Positions 30,562-38,991 of a stretch of 64,000 nt of DNA are shown here, in pieces. Origin of the DNA: a bacterium (GTDB lineage Bacteria > Electryoneota > Electryoneia > Electryoneales > Electryoneaceae); assembly GCA_963669175.1 (NCBI GenBank), contig OY769902.1:3424001-3488000 (forward strand), read 5' to 3'. Below the pieces are notes generated by a model that did not search any database, had not been told where the DNA came from, and worked only from the letters and a program-made list of their open reading frames with translations. How positions within the stretch are numbered: the stretch's first letter is position 1; the number at the start of each line of letters is the position of its first letter. The position numbers and the translations under genes are program-made.

Positions 30562-30656
30562 GCAGACGGGGGCCTGCGCAACCGTCTACACATACTCCTT
30601 TCTATGATGAAAGGACCCCTTGCTACGACACACCTTGCCGGGTGTGTCGTTTTTTT
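30562..30656 (+). ncRNA. Candidate small regulatory RNA (three hairpins, last is an intrinsic terminator)
   Basis: AGACGG/CCGTCT, CCTTTC/GAAAGG and ACGACACACC/GGTGTGTCGT plus T7. Lies between divergent genes, so no CDS needs this terminator. Confidence 0.5.
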
Positions 30657-30862
30657 CTCCGGGAGTCAGTTATTACAGCTTCCCCCACATCCCCCCTTTA
30701 TCCTCTTATAAGCATTACTATGTCGAGCAATGTTGGATAGAAAAAATCAGAGCATTCACCTATTCCGGGGGACAAATCGAGAAATCAGTTGCTCCCATAG
30801 CGGATGTGAATTACATTGTCCAATTAGTTTCGGCAGACGCTTGGGTCAGAATAGGCAGGGGC

Positions 30863-32092
30863 ATGCCGCAGAATCTACGCTCATACATTCTTACGTTTAC
30901 ACTGGTCGCGATCGTCCTGGTGACGTTTGCGTTTCCTGTAAGTGCGCAGCGCAAAGAACTCGAGCAGCAATACGAGGAAATTCTTCGTATGCCGGCGGGT
31001 GAAGCGCAGACACGTGCATTCGAGAACCTCGTCTTCAGTATTGACCGGCGTGGGCGCTTGGGGCCTGCTCCGGTTGAAGATCTTGCATGGATATACCTGA
31101 ACAACGAGCAACTGGATCGTGCTATCGGCCTTTTAAATACACTGGAAAGCCGCAACAGCACCGACTACCTACTCATGTTTACCATGGCAAAGCGGATATG
31201 GGAGCAGCGACAGGATTTCGCGACTACCCAACGCCTGTTGAACAAGGCTGTGACCAATGTTCAACTTGGACGTCGTGTGCCACCGAAAGAAGCGTATGAC
31301 GCTGCATACTATGCTGAAACGTATGAAATCCTGGGCATGATCGAGTATTATTTCGCTTCTTTGTACATGTCACAAAACGACTATAGGAAAGCGGACGAGC
31401 ACATCTCACGCGCCATCAGTTACCGTACAGATCCACGCGACTACACGCTTCTGAGCGGCATTCTGCTGCAAAAGGGACGTATCAAGGCGCGCGAATGCCT
31501 CGGCACTGCCATGTTCGCCATTTATCGTGGTGAAATCCCGGAAGCACGTCAGACCTTCAAGTCAGCATATGACAGTCTCGAATGGGACGTGCATAAACTG
31601 GATGATTATATCGAGGAATTCCAGAATCTTTACATTTCCAACGATGCCAACATCATTCTTCGCGCCCCGGAACGTACGCCGGTTCGAGAGCTTCCGACTC
31701 TCGACCTGTCGCTGGCGATGGGCATGGATGGTATGGCGCTGGTTTTCTGGGATGAGAATATGGCTCCGTGGGATCTGAAGGGAGCTCAGTCATTATTCGA
31801 CCTGATGCGCCAGAAGAACATCCCCAACATGTTTGTCTATGCAGGGGATGATTACGGTGAAGGTGCTGCAAAGCTGCGTCAACAACGCTATTCCTTCATG
31901 GGAATTGATGTCGCTGACCTTGAAGTATTACGTGCATTCCAGGTAGTTAAAACTCCAACTGTGCTGGTGATAGGCCCCGAAGGAAGAATCCTGTATCGTA
32001 TGGAAGGCCCGAACCAACATATGGATAAACTCTTCGACAAGGTTTGGGAAGCTCACATTAAGTCCGTATCCGGAAGTTACAAGGGCAGATAA
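30863..32092 (+). CDS. Exported TPR-repeat protein with C-terminal thioredoxin-like fold lacking CxxC
   Basis: Signal peptide, TPR-like helices, LVFW...F.V..TPTVLVIGPEGRI. Confidence 0.65.
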   Translation: MPQNLRSYILTFTLVAIVLVTFAFPVSAQRKELEQQYEEILRMPAGEAQTRAFENLVFSIDRRGRLGPAPVEDLAWIYLNNEQLDRAIGLLNTLESRNSTDYLLMFTMAKRIWEQRQDFATTQRLLNKAVTNVQLGRRVPPKEAYDAAYYAETYEILGMIEYYFASLYMSQNDYRKADEHISRAISYRTDPRDYTLLSGILLQKGRIKARECLGTAMFAIYRGEIPEARQTFKSAYDSLEWDVHKLDDYIEEFQNLYISNDANIILRAPERTPVRELPTLDLSLAMGMDGMALVFWDENMAPWDLKGAQSLFDLMRQKNIPNMFVYAGDDYGEGAAKLRQQRYSFMGIDVADLEVLRAFQVVKTPTVLVIGPEGRILYRMEGPNQHMDKLFDKVWEAHIKSVSGSYKGR

Positions 32093-32838
32093 TGCCAACC
32101 CCGAGAACCTACCAGCTTGAAAACCTGTTGTGGCGTGAAGTGCGTGATCTTGTCGATCAAGGCATCACTCGCATCTTGATCCCATGTGGAGCAACAGAAG
32201 CTCATGGCGCGGCAGGGTTGGGCACGGACACCATTATTCCGACAGGATTGGCTGAAAAGTTAGCCCCACGTCTGAATGCACTTGTCGCCCCTGCTATTTT
32301 CTATGGTGTGCTCGGTACGCTCCGCATGTATCCCGGCTCTGTCAGTTTGACCCAGGACACCTATGCGAAAATGCTGCTGGAGATCGGTGAAGGATTGGTC
32401 AATACCGGGTTCAAGCAGCTCCTTTTCCTGAACGGACATTCCGGCAATGCTTCCGGCTTAAAATCAGCAGCCTCCACCCTGCACTACAAGCACGGCGTAC
32501 AGGCGCTTGTCTATGAATGGTATGCTGAAGCATTCGCCGATGAAGATGCTATCTATGACCATCCCGGCGGCCACTCTGGCTCTGGTGAAACTGGAATGGT
32601 ACTGGCGATCCGTCCCGAAGCCGCCCCGAATGACGCTTACAAACCGGAAGACGCCAACACGCTGAATCCAGCCGTACGCGCTTATCCCGGTCCCTATTCT
32701 GTGATGCTGTATGAAGCGGACAAAGGACTCCCCGATTACGATCCTGCAAAAGCGGAGAAGCTGCTGGACGTGGTGACCGGTTATGCGGAACGCTCCCTCA
32801 AAGACATCCTCAATCGCTGGGAATCGCTGGATATTTAG
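32092..32838 (+). CDS. Creatininase-family amidohydrolase
   Basis: P.GATEAHG, GTD, PGSVSL, NGHSGN and GH.G..ET motifs. Confidence 0.9.
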   Translation: MPTPRTYQLENLLWREVRDLVDQGITRILIPCGATEAHGAAGLGTDTIIPTGLAEKLAPRLNALVAPAIFYGVLGTLRMYPGSVSLTQDTYAKMLLEIGEGLVNTGFKQLLFLNGHSGNASGLKSAASTLHYKHGVQALVYEWYAEAFADEDAIYDHPGGHSGSGETGMVLAIRPEAAPNDAYKPEDANTLNPAVRAYPGPYSVMLYEADKGLPDYDPAKAEKLLDVVTGYAERSLKDILNRWESLDI

Positions 32839-33029
32839 CGGTTGCCTTATCCACTGAAGTAACAGCGATTTTACCCCTGCGGCTCATGCAGCAAGCAAGT
32901 CATGCATGCTGTTTTTACTTCATCGCTGTTTAGAATGGGTAGACCACTGGTTGACAGCATATGATTAAGCGGAAAAGCTGTCAAATCACCTCGAAGTGGT
33001 GAAACTTGAATAGCGCGGGTGTGTAAACC

Positions 33030-33424
33030 CTGTCTCTTACCCACATCCTCTGAAAGCTTTATCAGCAAAAGGATTGTGGACATCGCATTTTTAGAATCCC
33101 GGCGGGATTCCCTATTTTAGCATAGTGTATAGGCCGTCTGTTTGGCCTGTACACTATGTCAGGATTTCTAACGAACAATCAACCCTGGAAGGGTTGCATA
33201 ATGAGCAGTCAATATTAGTTTATTCAATTATTGCAGGTAATAACGTAATTTATATCCTTTATAAATCAATTGGGTATCAATTATACTTTATGCAACCCTT
33301 TCAGGGTTGATATGAGGTTTGATCTTTAGCGTAGGGTAGGCGCTAAACAGACAGCGCCTACCCTACGCTAAAATATCCCACCCCCACGGGGTGGCAGAAA
33401 CACGAAGATGTGAGCAAGAAACAG
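33030..33424. mobile_element. 395-bp MITE, copy 1 (IS4/IS50-like ends)
   Basis: TIRs CTGTCTCTTACCCACATC and GATGTGAGCAAGAAACAG. 10-bp TSD TGTGTAAACC at 33020-33029 and 33425-33434. Near-identical to 46624-47018. Confidence 0.9.
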
Positions 33425-34865
33425 TGTGTAAACCCCGGGAATACAAGGATTACCACACCAATACCAATCGTCCCCGAAGGGTACGCACATCTGATGAGTC
33501 TATCAGAACCTTCCCGCTACAGATAGGAGGAATATTGTGACTGGGATTCTCTTATCCAGCAAAACAGCGAAGCCCCCATTTTTTCTCCTCATATTCATAC
33601 AATCGGATATCTTTAAGAAAAGTATTGCTTTTCATCAGCAACCTCAGGTAGTTTTCTTTGTAGCAAGAAGAAATAGCGGTCTATTGCATCTACACGTTTC
33701 GCCTGAAACAACTGATATTAACGTATTCTGACAGGCAGATCGATGAAGCTTCCAACTCGCCTGACCCGGTTTTATCGCGTATTCCTGCCGTTACTTATTA
33801 CTCTGCTTTCTGGTGGCACTATACCACTCCCCCTCTTTGCCGAGTGGCTGCCTTCCGGAACGCAGGTAACTCCTTACAACAGCGCGATATACAGTCGCTT
33901 TGGCCTTGTGCCGGACAGTAGCGGTGGGTGTTACCTGGCGTATTTTACCAGTTACGATCCGGATGCTACAGGTGAACCTCGTTGCAAGGTACAGCATATT
34001 AACCGAAACGGCGAGGTGCTGTGGCCGGAAGAGGGCATCTTTGTCGCAGACCCCGACTCGATGTACGCGTTCTATTTTGGCGCTTGTGTTTCCGCACCGG
34101 GCGGGGGGCTCTATGTGGTGTTTGAGGGCAAACGCACCGAAGCAAGAAACAACGCAATCTGGATTCAACAGTTCTCCCCTGAAGGGGAACGTCTCTTCGG
34201 TCCCCGAGGCATTCAACTCACACTGAATGACTCCACAGAATACAATCATATGGATTCGCGATGGTGGCGCGCTACGGTTTCGGATGGAGTTGGTGGTGTT
34301 ATTGTCGGACATTATTACTCCAATGTTGTGAACGGGCAGTCTGTGCGACATATGATGGCGCACCGCGTCACCCCGGATGGTGAAGTGGCCTGGCGCAATG
34401 TCCGGGTGTCTCCTGATCTGGATGCCATGGTGGGAACCTGCCGCGCGGTTACATCGCCCTTCAGTGGTGTGGCTTTTTTTACGGAAATTCATGACAGCCT
34501 GATGGCGCGATTTGTCAATCTTAACGGGCAGGTTTTCTGGGAAAACAATCCGACGATCATTCACAGTGAAATCTATGATGAAGAACATGAGCGTTTTTAC
34601 AGTTGCCATTCTTACAATGTAGTGGCTTTTCCCAATGGCGGGTATTGTATCGGCAATGGAAGCGTGGATGAGCTTCGTTACTTCTATATTGGACCGGACG
34701 GACTGGTCTGGAATGGTCCCCACGGAACCCTCCTTCTCAGCGGACAGTTATCTGATGATCCGTCATTCGATGTACAGTGTTTTACAGGCAATGCTGATAT
34801 CGCAACAGATGGTTTTTTTGTATATATCGTATGTTTGACATTTAATCCTGAAATAACATATTTAA

Positions 34866-36326
34866 CTCGGTTTTGTTGAATTACTCAGGTCTTGCAAAAA
34901 GTAAAAGGCATGGTTCATTTTACAACCAAGAAGACGCCAAATCTCTTCAGTTGTAAAGGAGATAACCATGCCTGTCATAACATCGTCATTTTTTGAGTTA
35001 CTTGCAAGTTTTCGTCCGGTGTTTCGGAAGCCTGTTTATGAGAATTTTGTACTGTTGGCTATCGGCGCTGTATTGAATTTCGGTCGTCAGACAGTCTGTC
35101 AGTTATTACGTGTATTTCCCGGACCGGTAGCGAAGAGTTGGTCTTGTTATCACCATTTTCTTTCGTCTGCCAACTGGTCCGCCCTGAAACTGGCAAAGAT
35201 TCTCTGCTCTTTGATACTTGATCAGATTGCCGAACGTGATCCGATCCTTCTGATCGTGGATGATACCCTGATCCGTCGTTGGGGAAAGCATGTTTACCAG
35301 ATATCCGTTCACCGCGATCCCGTCCGTTCGGGCAAAGCAGGGACAAAAGTCGTTTATGCTCGCGGTCTTCAATGGATGGTGATTTCGATTGGTTTGCGCA
35401 CCCGTTATCGTTCGCAGATCTGGGCGCTTCCTGTATTCGTGTTTCCGGAGATCGCCAAAAAGCGTGTTCCGGAATCGAAGTACCGCAGTCCTGTACACCT
35501 GATCATTCTCGGGGCGCGTCTGCTGCTTCGATGGTTCCCGGACCGCCGTTTCCTTATCCTTGCCGACGGTACGTTGAACTCCCACGAACTTCACCGTTTC
35601 GTGGCGAAAGAGAACCGTCTTGCTATCATCGGGCATTCGCGTATGGATACGGTGCTGCATGATCCGCCGCCTCCACCGAACGGGAAACGTGGACGTCCGC
35701 GCAAAGTCGGTGACCGTTTGCCCGCACCGGGACAAGAGGCGAAAAAGCCGGATGCTGCCTGGGAAAAAGCGTCTTGCCTCTGGTATGGGAACAAGACAAA
35801 AGACCTGTTGCTGCTTTCCGGTGTTGGCTGCTGGTACCGTTCCGGGGAAGATGTTGTCCTGATACGCTGGGTGGTGGCGCGTGATCCCGACGGCAAAAAC
35901 AAGGACATTGTCTTATCTACATCCAAAACAGACTTAACCCCGGCCCAGGTTGTCAGCTCATATGTACGACGATGGGCGTTGGAAACCACGTTTGAAGAGT
36001 CACGGAAACATCTGCGTATCGAAACGACAGAAAACTGGTCAAAAAAATCGATTCAAAGAACAGTGCCCCTGCTGTTTGGCTTGTTCAGTCTGATGGTTGT
36101 TTGGTATAGTCAGCAGCCAGAGCAGAAAGCTGTTGCGCAAACAGAGTGGTACACAAAACTGGAACCCAGTTTCTCAGACGTGCATCAGGCATTGCGTGCT
36201 GAATTGTGGATGCAGGCGATTTTTCCCGAATGCAAGCAGCCACGCGGATTCTTAAAAAAGAAAAGCAATATCCTTAAATTCCTTATTCACAAAGCCGCTT
36301 GATCCGCTAAAATGAGCAAAACCGAG
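34866..36326 (+). mobile_element. IS701-like insertion sequence
   Basis: TIRs CTCGGTTTTG and CAAAACCGAG. Direct repeat TATTTAA at 34859-34865 and 36327-36333 (5-7 bp depending on end placement). Confidence 0.9.
34968..36302 (+). CDS. IS701-family (DDE_5-type) transposase
   Basis: YHHFLS.A.W, IVDDT, HRDPVRS, WALP, LADG, RGRPRK.G and Y.RRW.LE.TFEE motifs. Confidence 0.9.
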   Translation: MPVITSSFFELLASFRPVFRKPVYENFVLLAIGAVLNFGRQTVCQLLRVFPGPVAKSWSCYHHFLSSANWSALKLAKILCSLILDQIAERDPILLIVDDTLIRRWGKHVYQISVHRDPVRSGKAGTKVVYARGLQWMVISIGLRTRYRSQIWALPVFVFPEIAKKRVPESKYRSPVHLIILGARLLLRWFPDRRFLILADGTLNSHELHRFVAKENRLAIIGHSRMDTVLHDPPPPPNGKRGRPRKVGDRLPAPGQEAKKPDAAWEKASCLWYGNKTKDLLLLSGVGCWYRSGEDVVLIRWVVARDPDGKNKDIVLSTSKTDLTPAQVVSSYVRRWALETTFEESRKHLRIETTENWSKKSIQRTVPLLFGLFSLMVVWYSQQPEQKAVAQTEWYTKLEPSFSDVHQALRAELWMQAIFPECKQPRGFLKKKSNILKFLIHKAA

Positions 36327-37301
36327 TATTTAAATCATCTATATATATGTTCCTACGATGGTCAACCGTTATACCCGTCCCCATGGGATGTAGGTGAAGT
36401 TACTTATGCTCATGCAACACAAATGTTTGCCGAACCCTATTATCAGTTATTTACTTTCAGGGACCAGCGTGGTCAAATATTCCCATATGCGCAGATGGTA
36501 TCCCGGGCGGGAGAACTTCCCTGGGGTATTGAAGCGGATTCTTTATGTAATCCCGCTATCTATCCAGCAGACCGATTATGTACAATAAAAAGCGCTCCGG
36601 ATACATTTCTGACGGCTTGGTATTGTGCCTATCAATCTGATGGTAGCTATTTCGGCGCATTCCTGATGACACAAACGGTGGTTTCCGAAGAAGACTACCC
36701 GGTACAAGAGTCACCAAACATAGTTAACTCTCCCAGGGCTTTTTCGATTGTAAATGCCTACCCTGATCCCTTCAACTCATCGGTAACCGTACAGTATGAC
36801 ATTGATGCGCCGGGCCGGTATGAATTCACCGTGTTCAATCTCCTCGGTGAAAGCGTGTACAAAGACACAATACAGGTATCCCAATCCGGCCGGGGAAACT
36901 GGCGCTGGCAGGCGAACGAGTATGCTTCTGGTGTGTACCTGGTTCAACTTCGCAGCCTTGCAACTAAGGCAACCGTAGCAAGAAAAGTAACGCTGGTTCG
37001 ATAGAAGCGTATCCCGATGCGCTCAAGAGTATCGGATAGAATGGAAGATGGACCGGTTGTATCGATGACGTGGTGAGAGTGGAAGCAGCCTCACGTGCGA
37101 ATCGGGCCAGCCGTCATTGCAGGAAAAGTCACGCTGGTTCGATAAACTCGCGCTGCACTTGTTGAGCAAATCGGGAACTGTGTAGATACCTAATAGCTGA
37201 TGTACTGAACATCAAGATCCCAGTTCAACAGGCAGTATCAGAATGCAAATGAAAGTGTAGCCTATTCTGATTTAGTCTGTTAAACCGGTGATGATAAATT
37301 G

Positions 37302-37326
37302 AAACGCCCCACCAAAGCGGGGCGTT
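37302..37326 (-). terminator. Terminator after gdhA
   Basis: AACGCCCC...GGGGCGTT hairpin. Confidence 0.6.
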
Positions 37327-37348
37327 GAAAATTCTCTTCAGGGTAATC

Positions 37349-38698
37349 TTACGCGTACAGGCCACGAAGTTCCGCAGCGCGTGTGACACGACGGATCGCC
37401 ACGATAAAGGCGGCGGTACGAAGCGGCACATTGTACTCGAGCGATGTGTCGAGCACAACCTTGAAACCGTTGTCCATGTAACGCTTCAGGTCTTCATAAA
37501 CACGTTCCGCTGACCAGTAATAGCCCATACGGTTCTGCACCCACTCGAAATAGCTGACTGTCACGCCACCGGCATTGCAAAGGATATCCGGAATGACCAT
37601 GACGCCTTTTTCTTCCAGGATGTCATCCGCTTCCGGGGTACAGGGACCGTTGGCGGCTTCTGCGATGATCTTTGCCTTGATCTTGCCAGCGTTGTCGGCA
37701 GTGATCTGGTTTTCCAGGGCGGCCGGGATCAGGATATCCACATCCTGCTCGAACAACAACTGGGGATCATCCAACTTGCGAACGCCCAGTTCCGGCACGT
37801 TTTCCGCATTGTTCAGGGTCTTGTTCGAAACCACGTAATCGTACGCGGCCGGGACATTGATGCCTTTTTCGGATGTAGCGGCAAATGCGCCATCCACATC
37901 ACTGATGGCCATGACTATTGCGCCCATATCATCCAAGATCTTGGCGGCGTTTGCACCGGCATTGCCGAATCCCTGGATAGCGACTTTCGCACCCTTCAGC
38001 TCGATGCCAAGATGTTTCAATGCACCGATAATGGTTAATACAACACCCTGTGCAGTTGCGGTGGCGCGACCTTCGCTTCCACCCAACTCCAGCGGCTTGC
38101 CTGTCACAACAGCCGGAATCCAGTCGCCACCCTTATGCATGGAATAGGTATCTTCAAACCAGGCCATCACCTGGGGATTGGTATTAACATCCGGTGCGGG
38201 AACATCGCGGTCCGGTCCGAAAATCTCAACCAGTTCCGCGAAATAACGACGGCTCAAGCGTTCCAGTTCACCAAGCGACATTTCACGCGGATCACAAATG
38301 ACGCCACCTTTACCGCCACCCATCGGAATACCAACCGTCGCGCACTTGAAAGTCATCCAGAAAGCGAGCGCTTTGACCTCGTCCAAATCGACATTGTGGT
38401 GGAAGCGAACGCCACCTTTTGCCGGACCACGAGCGATGCTGTGCTGGACACGATAGCCTTTGAAGATCCCGATCTTACCGTCATCCATGCGAACGGGAAG
38501 TTTGACTTCGATGATGCGGCGCGGCTCCTTGATCATAGCGATCTGATCACTGTCCAGCTTCAGGATTTCTGCTGCACGGTCAAACTGTTTTAAAGCATTA
38601 TCGAAAGCGCTGGCATGATTTGTCTGCACCATGCCCTTGAGATGTCGTTCGTAGGCTTGATCGCGAAGCTCACCAGCGATGCCCCTGTTCTTGGTCAT
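37349..38698 (-). CDS. gdhA: Glu/Leu/Phe/Val dehydrogenase (glutamate dehydrogenase)
   Basis: GPAKGGVRF, MTFKC, GGGKGG, DVPAPD, QGFGNAG, EAANGP and NAGGVTVSYFEWVQN motifs. SD AAGGAG. Confidence 0.93.
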   Translation of the reverse strand: MTKNRGIAGELRDQAYERHLKGMVQTNHASAFDNALKQFDRAAEILKLDSDQIAMIKEPRRIIEVKLPVRMDDGKIGIFKGYRVQHSIARGPAKGGVRFHHNVDLDEVKALAFWMTFKCATVGIPMGGGKGGVICDPREMSLGELERLSRRYFAELVEIFGPDRDVPAPDVNTNPQVMAWFEDTYSMHKGGDWIPAVVTGKPLELGGSEGRATATAQGVVLTIIGALKHLGIELKGAKVAIQGFGNAGANAAKILDDMGAIVMAISDVDGAFAATSEKGINVPAAYDYVVSNKTLNNAENVPELGVRKLDDPQLLFEQDVDILIPAALENQITADNAGKIKAKIIAEAANGPCTPEADDILEEKGVMVIPDILCNAGGVTVSYFEWVQNRMGYYWSAERVYEDLKRYMDNGFKVVLDTSLEYNVPLRTAAFIVAIRRVTRAAELRGLYA

Positions 38699-38991
38699 GA
38701 TCTTCTCCTTAACTCCACGTAAAAATAAAGCTACCGGCTCAGGCAGCTTTTCAATGCAAACACCGACAAACAAATGAAACGTATCCCGGCATAGCTTACC
38801 TACCGGAGATTATACCGCGAATATGCCCGATTCAACGAGGCTATGCGAAGTAAGCTTGTGATGAGAGCCCAAGAGCCTTACCCAAGAAAAACCGCGAAGA
38901 ATCATGGCTCGCATTGCACAATTTGACATCCGGTCGCTATACTACTTTGTTATAGATCGGAGCTGATTTCTTTACCATAGCGGAGGCCTAC

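Larger units (their letters stand above)
33743..37004 (+). pseudogene. Secreted beta-propeller-like protein with T9SS/FlgD-like C-terminal domain, split by an IS
   Basis: Removing the IS and one TSD copy fuses ...NPEITYL to NHLYICSYDG... in frame (about 597 aa). Signal peptide and YPDPFNS...ASGVYLV...RKVTLVR. Confidence 0.85.

Noticed and set aside
30620-30862. N-terminal extension of the 30620 ORF call
   Set aside because: It runs through a terminator hairpin; the signal peptide begins at ATG 30863.
33030-33048. Nextera/Tn5 adapter contamination
   Set aside because: The ends differ from the mosaic end at 2 or more positions, occur as inverted pairs around the same 395-bp interior at two loci, and have distinct 10-bp TSDs. 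This fits a natural element.
33125-33310. 61-aa ORF present in both MITE copies (also 46719-46904)
   Set aside because: GTG start inside a hairpin, no SD, and conservation is explained by the duplication.
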